The position numbers were made by a program, and so were the translations under genes. Under the pieces are notes generated by a model. That model worked only from the letters and a program-made list of their open reading frames with translations. It searched no databases and had not been told where the DNA came from. 63,653 nucleotides of DNA from Nanobdellota archaeon (lineage in GTDB: Archaea > Nanobdellota > Nanobdellia > Pacearchaeales > GW2011-AR1): positions 1 through 63,653 of the forward strand of contig JAHITZ010000046.1 of the NCBI GenBank assembly GCA_018817405.1, written 5' to 3'. Below, in pieces: positions 1-9,218 of this stretch (position 1 is its first letter; the number at the start of each line of letters is the position of its first letter).

Positions 1-119
1 TAATGCAATCGTAGATTGCATATTGGCCGGACTCTTGTACATACGTAGATAACTTCACCAAGGGTGAAGCTATTGTAGTTTTCTTGATGCGTACAACTTT
101 CTTTCTAAGAAAGTTGTAC

Positions 120-139
120 TTCGAGTCCAGTCCGGGACG
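120..139 (+). tRNA. 3' fragment of a tRNA (T-loop, T-stem 3' strand, acceptor 3' strand, discriminator G); possible att remnant or exon
   Basis: TTCGAGT-CCAGT-CCGGGAC-G followed by a pyrimidine run; no contiguous 5' half in the window. Confidence 0.45.
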
Positions 140-350
140 TTCCCCCTTTTCTATTTCAAAAATTCTAAAAGTTTCTCACTTTTTTCTGTTTTGTTTAAAT
201 TTTTTAAAAATAACTTAAACATATTGAAAAATATGCAAATTCTCCGTCGGCAGAATAAAAAACTATTTTTACAACAAAAAAATTTTCACGATAGATTTAT
301 AAACAATAAAGTCTTAATGTAATTATAAAATAAAAGAGGTGTTACTAAAA

Positions 351-413
351 ATGCCAGCAAAAAAGAAAAAAGCCACAAAGAAGAAGACAACAAAAAAGAA
401 AAAGAAAAGATAA
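351..413 (+). CDS. 20-aa lysine-rich micropeptide MPAKKKKATKKKTTKKKKKR
   Basis: TTTATAAA box near 296, GAGGTG RBS near 336-341, T-rich terminator-like tract after the stop. Confidence 0.6.
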   Translation: MPAKKKKATKKKTTKKKKKR

Positions 414-505
414 CTTTTCTTTTCATGTTTTTTTATTTTTTATTTTAAGTTATTCAAACGTCTTCTTTTTTAATTTAATTGTTCTTTCAAGAATAAAAGT
501 TTTGG

Positions 506-1006
506 TCAGACATCGTCGGAGCAGAGATTCTTCTTCCGATTCATTTTTTCTAAATATTTATACATATTGCTCTGTTTTGAACCTTTTATCAAATTAATGA
601 CTGCTGTTTCGGCATCTTCAACAGAAAGCGCATCCCCAATAATCCCAATCTCGCTTTCTTTAATTAAAATCTCACATCCTGAAATCTCAGAAAGTGTTCT
701 CCGCGTTTTTCCTCTCTTTCCTATTAATCTTGACTTTATATCTCTTAAATTTCGCTTCGTGTAACTTTTTATATGCACAACACGAAAAACCATGTCCTCT
801 CCTTTCAACAACATTGCTTTCTTAACAGAAAAACCAAAAGCAATTGCATCAAACACACATCGCGCACCATATTCATCCAAGGAGTTCCCTTCGATAACAA
901 CTTGACTTCCAGATATTTTCACTTTAACATTTAGTTTGTCTTCTAACTCTTTTTTGTTCTTAACAACTTCTCTAATCCTTTTAACATAAACTGTTTCCAT
1001 GCTCAA
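506..1006 (-). CDS. KH-domain RNA-processing protein (Dim2/Pno1-like)
   Basis: RLIGKRGKTRRTL KH GxxG motif, AIAFGFS, C-terminal YKYLE. Confidence 0.85.
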   Translation of the reverse strand: MSMETVYVKRIREVVKNKKELEDKLNVKVKISGSQVVIEGNSLDEYGARCVFDAIAFGFSVKKAMLLKGEDMVFRVVHIKSYTKRNLRDIKSRLIGKRGKTRRTLSEISGCEILIKESEIGIIGDALSVEDAETAVINLIKGSKQSNMYKYLEKMNRKKNLCSDDV

Positions 1007-1149
1007 AAGAACAAACGCAAGTTTTTAATTATTTGTTTTACAAATAACTAAAATAAGATAGAGCCAGCAAAAAATAACCCAGAACCTAGGCGCTGAATTG
1101 TTTTCATGATATTTAGCGAGTGAAGCGAGGAATTTATTGAATCTATTTT

Positions 1150-1446
1150 CTACAATAACACCAATGCAAACGGAACACCACTAACTTTTCCAACACCCTC
1201 TTCCGCAATAATTCCAGCCTTAACAGCAGCCTTAACTGCTTTCTCCCCGACAATATTAAAAGTGGCATCATCCAAAGCAAGTTGTTTCAATTTTTCCAAA
1301 ACATGCTCTTCGTCTATTTCATCCCCCTTATAAAAGTTCTCCCGAACATCCAACTGCATCTTCTCCTCCTCAAACTTTTTCCCAACCAACTCGCTATCAC
1401 AAAGAGCAACTACTTTCCTATAAGATTCATGGATTTTTATTTGCAT
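1150..1446 (-). CDS. DUF424-family protein
   Basis: VALCDSELVGKKF, FYKG, NIVGEKAV motifs; start moved to ATG 1446. Confidence 0.8.
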   Translation of the reverse strand: MQIKIHESYRKVVALCDSELVGKKFEEEKMQLDVRENFYKGDEIDEEHVLEKLKQLALDDATFNIVGEKAVKAAVKAGIIAEEGVGKVSGVPFALVLL

Positions 1447-1448
1447 TT

Positions 1449-1859
1449 TTAAAGATGATACTTCACAGGACTCTTCGCCCCACAAGCAAGACAATGCTTC
1501 AACTTAACACCTTTCTCTGAAACAACCTCTGTATCTGGCTTGCCACAAACAGAACAGATAACAAACTCCTTAGCATATCTCTCAATTTTTTCATTAACTT
1601 TTTCTGAATTCAACTTTGTCTTCAGCATCAACCTGTTTCCTATAACCTTGCCATAAACCGCTAGCTCTTTCTGCAAAAACTTCGCCAAGTGATTCGCATC
1701 CCTGCGAAGATAAGACACAATCTGCCCAAAGTTTGTTATAAAAGTGCTATTCCCTGTGACATGACCCTCAACTCTCGGTATCTCAAACCTCTCGCTGCCT
1801 TTTTCAACCACCTTAACATCGTTATACGCCTTCTCTAACAATTTTTCATAAGCTTCCAT
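1449..1859 (-). CDS. eif2b: translation initiation factor 2 subunit beta
   Basis: ERFEIP, CSVCGKPDT and CLACGA zinc ribbon. Confidence 0.92.
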   Translation of the reverse strand: MEAYEKLLEKAYNDVKVVEKGSERFEIPRVEGHVTGNSTFITNFGQIVSYLRRDANHLAKFLQKELAVYGKVIGNRLMLKTKLNSEKVNEKIERYAKEFVICSVCGKPDTEVVSEKGVKLKHCLACGAKSPVKYHL

Positions 1860-1902
1860 AAATGCAAAATAAAATCAGAGTTTATAAAGATGTTCATTGT
1901 TT

Positions 1903-2033
1903 AGCTTTGTCCGGAGTTACGCGATTTCAATAGAATTTGGGGGATGGGTGTGGGATGGCCAAGGCGGGTATCGACGACAGTCGAGTTAGCGGGAAACGAA
2001 ATCGCGTTTATTTCTGCGACTCCGGACAAAGCC
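1903..2033. mobile_element. MITE family B, copy 1
   Basis: 14-bp perfect TIR GCTTTGTCCGGAGT/ACTCCGGACAAAGC; 8-bp TSD CATTGTTT at 1895-1902 and 2034-2041; second copy at 53123. Confidence 0.85.
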
Positions 2034-2106
2034 CATTGTTTCAGTTATTACCTGCCAAAGAAATGATACAAGTTAAATTTATATATCTCTTAAACTCTTA
2101 AAAATC

Positions 2107-2376
2107 ATGATACCACACAAACAAAGAATTTTAATGACAATCCTATTTGTCTTACTAATCCTATCTATCGGATACATTCTAATTGATAAATACAACGAAA
2201 AAAGACAGCAAGAACAACTAAACGCATTTCAGCAAGGCGCGCAAGCAGGTTACGAGCAGGCAGTCATACAAATCGTCCAACAAGCCCTAACTTGCCAATC
2301 AGTTCCGTTGTATGTAGAAAACCAAACAATAAATGTCATTGCAGTAGAATGCTTACAAAAACAACCTGAAGATTAA
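2107..2376 (+). CDS. small membrane-anchored hypothetical protein
   Basis: N-terminal TM helix, GxxxGYEQAV and two Cys; upstream TTTATA box. Confidence 0.75.
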   Translation: MIPHKQRILMTILFVLLILSIGYILIDKYNEKRQQEQLNAFQQGAQAGYEQAVIQIVQQALTCQSVPLYVENQTINVIAVECLQKQPED

Positions 2377-2585
2377 CTTCTTTCTTTTTCCAGTAAAAGG
2401 ATTTATTATATTACACGAAAACCAGCACATTTGTTTTATCAGAAGAATTATAACAAACAATAACTTCAAACAATATTGTTCTAGATAATATTACCAAACA
2501 ATCCTTTGATGAGTAGATGAAGAGGGTAATGAATCATGTAATTTTGATATTACAACAAAAAAGAATTAATAATTGAATATTCCTA

Positions 2586-2819
2586 ACTATCTCCGCACAA
2601 GAATAAAAATTGCAGATTTGTTCCCATTTGGGTTTGATACCCCGCATCTTGCTGCGAGTGAACGAAGCGAATGTGGGATAGCGAATTTCAGGAAATCTCT
2701 TTATTTTTTGCAACAAATAATCAATTTCGTGCGGAAAAATTCAACGACGAAACTTGCACGAAATTGAACCAGTTGGGTGGGACAAAAAATAAATCTGAAA
2801 AGTCTATGCGGAGATACTG
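2586..2819. mobile_element. MITE family A, copy 1
   Basis: TIR TATCTCCGCA/TGCGGAGATA(CTG); flanking TCCTA repeats; near-identical copy at 36879-37124. Confidence 0.85.
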
Positions 2820-2862
2820 TCCTAAACAAAAGAGTTATAAAACTAATTCCCTACTTATTTAT

Positions 2863-3375
2863 ATGAATGTAAAAAACCTTGTTTTAGGAATTGGAATAAT
2901 AATAGTTTTTGCCCTGGTCCTTTGGCAAGGAATAGAAGCCTTTTATCCTTCCCCTCAATGGGATGGTTTTTGTGACGAGAGTATTGAAAAACCAATTCCA
3001 TTAGATAGAGAACAGCTCACTCAAACAGAATGTGAAGAACAAGGCGGCGTCTGGAAAAACAATTACTGTGATTATTATTCAGAATGCCAGCGAGAATTCG
3101 ATGAATCAAAAGACAAACACACAAAAATAGTTTTCATTGTTTCAATAATCGTTGGCATCGTCGTTATAATTCTAGGTTACTCAATCCTAAGTCTTGAACC
3201 AGTCGGCTCTGCTCTCATCGCCTCGGGAATCTGGGCAATTTTCTACGGAAGTGCAATAAACTGGCGCAACTTCTCAAGCGTAATCCGATTCGCACTCCTA
3301 CTTCTAGCCCTAATACTATTAATCTGGCTTGCAATGAGATTAAATAGAACAGTCAAGAAAATAAAAAAAAAATAA
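2863..3375 (+). CDS. membrane protein with a Cys-containing extracellular loop
   Basis: about 4 TM helices, FYPSP motif; start at ATG 2863 because the longer ORF runs through the MITE. Confidence 0.8.
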   Translation: MNVKNLVLGIGIIIVFALVLWQGIEAFYPSPQWDGFCDESIEKPIPLDREQLTQTECEEQGGVWKNNYCDYYSECQREFDESKDKHTKIVFIVSIIVGIVVIILGYSILSLEPVGSALIASGIWAIFYGSAINWRNFSSVIRFALLLLALILLIWLAMRLNRTVKKIKKK

Positions 3376-3493
3376 AAAATAAGTTCTAAACGGCTCAACC
3401 AGAACGATATTAATGCATTCATTAATTAACTTGGCTTTGGGATATTTACGCGAACGTAGTGATCAAAATTATTTAAGCTATTTAATATATTCA

Positions 3494-4135
3494 TCAACCT
3501 AAATACCTCAACTTCCCCGGCCTTGGTTCGTAAGCCACGCCATCCTCAAGCAATTTCTTAATTTCATTATTAATAATCTCTGGCGGCTCCTTCAGCTCAA
3601 GAATAATCTTGTCAATATCAATCCCCCCATCCTTCTCCGCCTCCTTAACCATTGTCAATATCTTATCCTTCAACTGCGCAATTTTCCCGCTATCCAATGT
3701 CTGCGGCGCCTCTGCCTCAACTTCCAGTTTCCTAACTAAAAGAAATGCTGGATCTTTTTTTTTCATTATCTCTGGAGCAATGTAAATCTCATTACTCCAA
3801 AACTTAATCAACCCTACAACCAAAACAGTATCTCCCTGGTTTAACTCTTCAAACTTGGAAACATCTTCCCCAAACAACTTAACTCTTATCTGCCCAGTTG
3901 CATCATCCAATGTTAAACTCCCATACTTTTTCTCTCCTCCCTCTTGAATAAATTTGTCTACAACATTTGCGATTAAATTAACTCTCACAACATTTTTTCC
4001 ATTCACTTCAATATTTCTCAGCCTCTCCTCTTCAAAATTCTGCTTCCCAGACAAAATGCTTCCCACCAAAAGCTTGTAAGCCACATTCCTTTTCAATTGC
4101 TGCCCTGCCCCAGCTATAGGTAATTGGTCGTTCAT
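3494..4135 (-). CDS. RPA32-like OB-fold ssDNA-binding protein with C-terminal wHTH
   Basis: RVNLIANVV, LDDATGQIRV, YEPRPGKLR motifs; adjacent to MCM. Confidence 0.85.
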   Translation of the reverse strand: MNDQLPIAGAGQQLKRNVAYKLLVGSILSGKQNFEEERLRNIEVNGKNVVRVNLIANVVDKFIQEGGEKKYGSLTLDDATGQIRVKLFGEDVSKFEELNQGDTVLVVGLIKFWSNEIYIAPEIMKKKDPAFLLVRKLEVEAEAPQTLDSGKIAQLKDKILTMVKEAEKDGGIDIDKIILELKEPPEIINNEIKKLLEDGVAYEPRPGKLRYLG

Positions 4136-4183
4136 ACCCAAAAAGAGAAAACCAGAGGTTTTAAGTTTTTAGCTACTCAATTA

Positions 4184-4208
4184 CTACAACCTCTCCAAAT
4201 AACCCTTC
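4184..4208 (-). repeat. diverged copy of the MCM 3' end (KGYLERL*)
   Basis: 19/25 nt identical to 4220-4244 (KGYLQRL*), differences mostly synonymous. Confidence 0.75.
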
Positions 4209-4219
4209 TCCCAACCCCA

Positions 4220-6253
4220 CTATAATCTTTGAAGATAACCCTTCCTCGGCTTGAAAATATCCCCTGCCTTTGACAACTGATCTATGGCTTCCTCCAATTC
4301 AGTCTCTGTCATCTTCCCCTCAACAGCCCGCTCCAACTCTTCCAAAGGAATCAACTTTCCAAGCCTTGATTCCAATTGTGACAAAGTTTCCTTAACCAAT
4401 AAAATTTTTCCTCTTTTAGAAGCAGTCACGCCAGTTGTAACTCTATCAATATCAAAACTCTTCGTCTCCTCGTCATAACCGACCTGCATCAAGGAAAACT
4501 TCAAAAGTTCAATAGCCACGCGAGAATCTTCTGCCTTAACCTCTTCGCTTAATCTCATTCTTGCATGTGCCTCGCTCAATCTCACCAAACCTTCCAGCTG
4601 TCTTGCTGTAATCGGAATCGGTTTTATCTCGCTGTCTGATCTACCTGGCTGTCCTCTCAACCTGATATAAAACTCTTTTATCTCCTCTATTGCCTCATCA
4701 CTCAGCTTTGGTTTAATTTTCTGCTTTGCATAAGCAATATACTTCCTAAGCAACTTAGAATCCACAACATCTCTAATCACTTCCTGTTTATGCTCTTCCA
4801 AAACATGACTTGCCACAGATTCATCTTGCTTCCTATTTGGCAAATCCCTTATAACGAAAAGAACATCAAACCTGCTCAACAGCGCCGGAGAAATATCAAT
4901 CTGTTGAGGGATTGGAGTGTAAGGGTCAAATCTTCCAAGCTTCGGATTTCCTGCAGCCAAAACAGTTGTCTCGGCACGAAGAGTCGCCTGAATATTTGCT
5001 TTTGAAATTGTCACAGATTGCTGTTCCATTGCTTCGTGCATCGTGCTTCTGTCGTGCTCATCCATCTTCTCAATCTCATCAATACACACAACACCTTTAT
5101 TGCTTAATACCATTGCCCCGCCTTCCAAAGACCACCCCCTTAAAAATTCATCCTTTACAACAGCTGCAGTCAACCCAGCTGCAGTCGCTGCCTTCCCAGA
5201 AACATACCTTCCCTTGGGCGCAATTGTAGAAACATATTTCAACAAAACAGATTTTGCAACTCCAGGATCCCCCACTAACAAAACATGAATATCTCCCCTT
5301 GTCGCACCACCGTCAGACCTTTTTTTCTTAACTCCTCCAAACAACTGCAAAAGCACAGCTTCCTTAATCTTTTCATAGCCATAAATACTCGGAGAAATAC
5401 TCTGGCTCAACCTCTTAAAAATATTTGGGTCTGCTGCTAATTCTAAAATCTGTTTTTCATCTTCATCACTCATCTCTAACTCTTCAAAGCTTTCTTCCAT
5501 TGAAATTGTATTGTTTGCCTCAAGAGCAATATCAAACCGCGTTGAAATCGCCCCTGTCTGCAATGGCACAGGAACCTCTTTTAAAACTCCATAAATTCTA
5601 ACCCTGCTTCCCGGAGTTGTCTTCTTTTCCATTTTTATGTCAACTAAATCTTCTTTCAAAAAAATATTCATTCTCCTAGGCTGCTCGCCCCCTTCCAATG
5701 TATCTGGCGATTCCTCAATCACCAATCTCTGAGCGTCAACCATTTCCTTGCTCAACAATTTAAAATTCCCTTTCCACCCGCAACTGCACCTGCTCGGCTC
5801 CCTAAATTTTCTCTCAATTTGTAAAACACTTAAAATAGCACCGCAATTAGGACACTCAAACCTTGCATTAACCACCTGCGGTCTTACCTCTGACGCCTGA
5901 CGAACAAGTCCTTCAATAGCAACAAGTTTATCCAGATGTCTTGCTCTAATTGCCCTAATGTATACATTGCAGCTCTTTGGCAATTCAACAATCCTGACTC
6001 TTGGCTTTTCTAACAAACCCATTTCTTCCAAAGCCAGCTCCAAAACAGCGATGGTTTCTTCTGGCAGTTCAAGAATATTATCTGCCAAAACAGGAGAATA
6101 AGACTGCAACTGCTGAAAATCAAGCCGCACAACCCCTTCATCCCTCCTCACCGACTCTCCAAGCTCTTTCTTGTATGCATTAAAGAAATTCTTTGCCTCT
6201 AAAACAAGGTCTTCTTGCTTACGCTTCGGCTTTTGCTTGCCTTCAAGTTCCAT
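4220..6253 (-). CDS. mcm: replicative helicase MCM
   Basis: CPNC..CSC zinc finger, GDPGVAKS Walker A, IDEIEKM Walker B, SRFD arginine finger. Confidence 0.97.
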   Translation of the reverse strand: MELEGKQKPKRKQEDLVLEAKNFFNAYKKELGESVRRDEGVVRLDFQQLQSYSPVLADNILELPEETIAVLELALEEMGLLEKPRVRIVELPKSCNVYIRAIRARHLDKLVAIEGLVRQASEVRPQVVNARFECPNCGAILSVLQIERKFREPSRCSCGWKGNFKLLSKEMVDAQRLVIEESPDTLEGGEQPRRMNIFLKEDLVDIKMEKKTTPGSRVRIYGVLKEVPVPLQTGAISTRFDIALEANNTISMEESFEELEMSDEDEKQILELAADPNIFKRLSQSISPSIYGYEKIKEAVLLQLFGGVKKKRSDGGATRGDIHVLLVGDPGVAKSVLLKYVSTIAPKGRYVSGKAATAAGLTAAVVKDEFLRGWSLEGGAMVLSNKGVVCIDEIEKMDEHDRSTMHEAMEQQSVTISKANIQATLRAETTVLAAGNPKLGRFDPYTPIPQQIDISPALLSRFDVLFVIRDLPNRKQDESVASHVLEEHKQEVIRDVVDSKLLRKYIAYAKQKIKPKLSDEAIEEIKEFYIRLRGQPGRSDSEIKPIPITARQLEGLVRLSEAHARMRLSEEVKAEDSRVAIELLKFSLMQVGYDEETKSFDIDRVTTGVTASKRGKILLVKETLSQLESRLGKLIPLEELERAVEGKMTETELEEAIDQLSKAGDIFKPRKGYLQRL

Positions 6254-6303
6254 AAGAAACTGAGAAATAGCTCATTTAAATTGTTTGTTGTTATTAGTAT
6301 TAG

Positions 6304-6521
6304 CTTAGTTTTCTGAAACAATTTTTCTCCATATACCTTTTTGCAACAAATAAACAATTGCTACACGTCAGAAACACAGAGCAAAAACAATGTAGCAATT
6401 GTAGTAACAGGGTGTGGTGGGTAGGGCGAGCAATTACGCGTCAGTAGTGTGTGTAACCAATAAGACGCGTGGTTGGGAATTGCAAAAATGCGAAGTCAGA
6501 CGTCAACTTCAGAAAGTTAAG
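6304..6521. mobile_element. MITE-like nested palindromic element (family E)
   Basis: imperfect TIR CTTAGTTTTCTGAA/TTCAGAAAGTTAAG; nested IRs TTTTTGCAA, ACAATTGCTACA, ACGCGTC; G-rich core GGGTGTGGTGGGTAGGG. Confidence 0.65.
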
Positions 6522-6627
6522 AGTTACTGTTGTTAGAACGAGAAATTACTCTAGCAGAGTAAATGAGTGATTGTCAAAAAACCAAATAAAACAAAGAATT
6601 TTTGTGATTAATTACAAAAAGATTTTA

Positions 6628-8244
6628 TTATATACATCTCATCCTACAACTGATAGCGCATTCATCAGGAGGGGATGTATAATCATGAAATCTTCTCGCA
6701 ACCAAATGCCAACCTCTATTGCCGTCATAATTAATAATACACTCACAATCCCCATCTCCAGCCCTGTAAACCTTGTCCAATGCACAAAAACCTGCTCCAA
6801 CATAATCACTTGTGTCTGAGTTACTGTAAGTCCCCCAACCAACACTTGCTTCTTCTGAAACAATTTGTGCAAAACTAGTAGATCCTCCAGAGTTAACAAT
6901 AAAGTCATCCGTAATAGAAGTCTCAACATCTATCGTGCTAGCAGTAACAATTCCCCCCACATAAAGATCTCCCTCTGTCTGAATCTCATAACCAGCTACA
7001 CTTCCACTTCCCTGTCGAATCATACCATCAACAATCAAATTATTTGTCCCAGGGTCAGTTAAACCACCAACATGAATCCCTCCAACTCTCAGATGTTCAT
7101 TTATATAAACCGGCTTATTACCATACGATTTAATCCACGTATCATCATCCATACGCCATCCACCGCCATGGTCTTGAAAAATAATACCGTTATCGCCCTT
7201 AACACGCACCCAATTACCATCAACCGTAATGCTCCCTGCAACACCTAACGCACCACTAATTTGAACATTTCCTACACTATCAACAAACACCACATGGTCT
7301 GGATAACCATCGCTTGCACTTAAAGAATAAACTTCAATATCTTCTCCAGCACATCTTATTGAACCTGCATCGTCAATTTCAGAACAATCAAAACTTATAC
7401 TATCAGCACCTACTAAAATACCTTCCCCATCCCCCACATTTAAACTTACTGCTCCTGCAATCCCTCCCCCAGTAAGGCCTGCTCCTGCACCAACCGAGGT
7501 AATGTCTCCTTCACCACCCCCCTCAGGCCATTCATTTATACACACACCATTCAAACAAACTCCTTCTGGAGCATTTAAGTTTATCGCTCCACCTGCATTT
7601 GAATTTGCAATAGTTAAATCAATTGCTCCATTACTACTAAAACCAATATAAGCTCTCCTGCCTTGAGTATACCCTTCTGGGTAAAATCCCATGAAAACAT
7701 GACCTCCCAAATCGCCTGGAACACCTTCAAGATTCAAAGCACCTGCATTCCCCTTCACATGTAATCTAGATTGAGGGTCAGTCGTCCCAATTCCAACATT
7801 TCCATAATTATCTATCCTAACAGCACTTTCAATCCCCCCAACATTTTGTGTTCTAAATTGTAATTCAATATTGGAAGAACCAGAATCATCTCTTGCTTGA
7901 ATATACGCAACACCCGAATTACCATCCCCCCCGTAAGCGTACAACCATAAACTCCCTTTGCCATAATAATCGCCCGCCACATGCAGTTTTTCTTTAGGGC
8001 TTGCTGTACCAATCCCTACCTTCCCATCCAAATAATAAATATCATCCCCTAACTCCCCCCACACCCCGCCAATACCCCCTTCATTGATTATAGATTGTAA
8101 ATCACCTCCTCCTTCTAAAACAATTTGCGAAGCAGGATGACTCGGAGCCAAAGGGTCATAAGCAACAACTAACCCCAAACAGCCAACACTTATTAAAACT
8201 AAAACAACCAAATACTTATTCCTAAAATTAATCTCAAATCTCAT
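6628..8244 (-). CDS. secreted fibre/adhesin-like protein
   Basis: signal/TM helix; GxVGIGTxxPxxxLHVxG repeats; WVRVKG...GGGWRMDDDTWIKSYGNK segment; Cys-rich C-terminus. Confidence 0.75.
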   Translation of the reverse strand: MRFEINFRNKYLVVLVLISVGCLGLVVAYDPLAPSHPASQIVLEGGGDLQSIINEGGIGGVWGELGDDIYYLDGKVGIGTASPKEKLHVAGDYYGKGSLWLYAYGGDGNSGVAYIQARDDSGSSNIELQFRTQNVGGIESAVRIDNYGNVGIGTTDPQSRLHVKGNAGALNLEGVPGDLGGHVFMGFYPEGYTQGRRAYIGFSSNGAIDLTIANSNAGGAINLNAPEGVCLNGVCINEWPEGGGEGDITSVGAGAGLTGGGIAGAVSLNVGDGEGILVGADSISFDCSEIDDAGSIRCAGEDIEVYSLSASDGYPDHVVFVDSVGNVQISGALGVAGSITVDGNWVRVKGDNGIIFQDHGGGWRMDDDTWIKSYGNKPVYINEHLRVGGIHVGGLTDPGTNNLIVDGMIRQGSGSVAGYEIQTEGDLYVGGIVTASTIDVETSITDDFIVNSGGSTSFAQIVSEEASVGWGTYSNSDTSDYVGAGFCALDKVYRAGDGDCECIINYDGNRGWHLVARRFHDYTSPPDECAISCRMRCI

Positions 8245-8304
8245 CTCTTTCCTAAAAACAACTAATTAAAGAAATATTTAAACCTTCCCATCTATAATAA
8301 ACAC

Positions 8305-8808
8305 ATGAACAAAAAAATAGTTATTATCTTAATCTCACTAATCGCACTTCTGTTTATCTTATTCATCACACGAGTAGTAAACCCAAGACAAATTGATGAC
8401 ATTAGTCCAGAAATTCCATGCGAGCAAGAATACCTAGAAAAATCAGATATTCTCTGGGTAATTCCAAAATTCAACGACATTCCAATAGACCAATATCCAG
8501 AATGGTGCAACCAAATCCTGAATCTAAACAAAACTCTCGGTCTCCACGGTCTCCACCACAATTACCAAGAATTCAACTCAGAAATAACACAAGAACAACT
8601 CCAAGAAGCAGTAACAATTTTCGAATCTTGCTTCAACCAAACCCCTAAATTATTCAAACCCCCTCAGCTAAAAATCTCCAAAGAAAACAAAATCCTCATA
8701 AAACAAAACAACTTAAAACTAAATGCAAAATTAAATCAACTAACCCATAAAGTTTATCATTGCTCACACTCTGGACAATTTTCAAATAAGTTCATTGATG
8801 GGTTCTAG
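8305..8808 (+). CDS. polysaccharide deacetylase-like protein (DUF2334-like)
   Basis: N-terminal TM, IDDISP, LHGLHH, FKPP motifs. Confidence 0.7.
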   Translation: MNKKIVIILISLIALLFILFITRVVNPRQIDDISPEIPCEQEYLEKSDILWVIPKFNDIPIDQYPEWCNQILNLNKTLGLHGLHHNYQEFNSEITQEQLQEAVTIFESCFNQTPKLFKPPQLKISKENKILIKQNNLKLNAKLNQLTHKVYHCSHSGQFSNKFIDGF

Positions 8809-8827
8809 TCACTCTAAAACAAACCTC
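8809..8827 (-). repeat. diverged copy of the aRF1 3' end (RFVLE*)
   Basis: 15/19 nt identical to 9219-9237 (RFALE*). Confidence 0.65.
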
Positions 8828-8828
8828 G

Positions 8829-9182
8829 CTAAACAACAGCAGGTCGTAGCTGGTCATACTCTCCAAGAATCGCCCCAACATACTCAGGTAATTCACTCAT
8901 CTTCTCCCTCACTTCTTCAGGCAAGGGCATATTTCTCCCAATAGGATTAATCACACCTCTTTTACCATTCACAGTGGATAAATCGATCTCAAACAGATAT
9001 TGATAACACAACGAACAAAAGTTCTCTCTCATCCCAACATCCACATTCTCATCAACCAGCCCAAAAAATCCATTACCACCAGATGTATTGGTAACAGTTC
9101 GCTTGTAAAAAACAACATACCTCTCTCCGAGATTATGTGTCTCCTGAGTTTCTCCCTTAACAATTTTTTGCGTAAGCACCAT
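8829..9182 (-). CDS. hypothetical accessory protein
   Basis: 117-aa ORF with its own upstream AT box; lies between aRF1 and the aRF1 end remnant. Confidence 0.65.
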   Translation of the reverse strand: MVLTQKIVKGETQETHNLGERYVVFYKRTVTNTSGGNGFFGLVDENVDVGMRENFCSLCYQYLFEIDLSTVNGKRGVINPIGRNMPLPEEVREKMSELPEYVGAILGEYDQLRPAVV

Positions 9183-9218
9183 CTTAAAACATTTCTTTAA
9201 ACATTAATAAAGATTTAT

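Noticed and set aside
2534..2862. ORFs 2534-2716, 2573-2767 and the N-terminal extension of 2671-3375; likewise 36912-37238 and 36965-37195
   Set aside because: They are translations of MITE A; the paralogy is nucleotide-level repeat, not protein
6254..6627. Replication origin next to MCM
   Set aside because: No repeated ORB-like boxes, no cdc6 nearby and no visible skew switch; better explained by a MITE-like element
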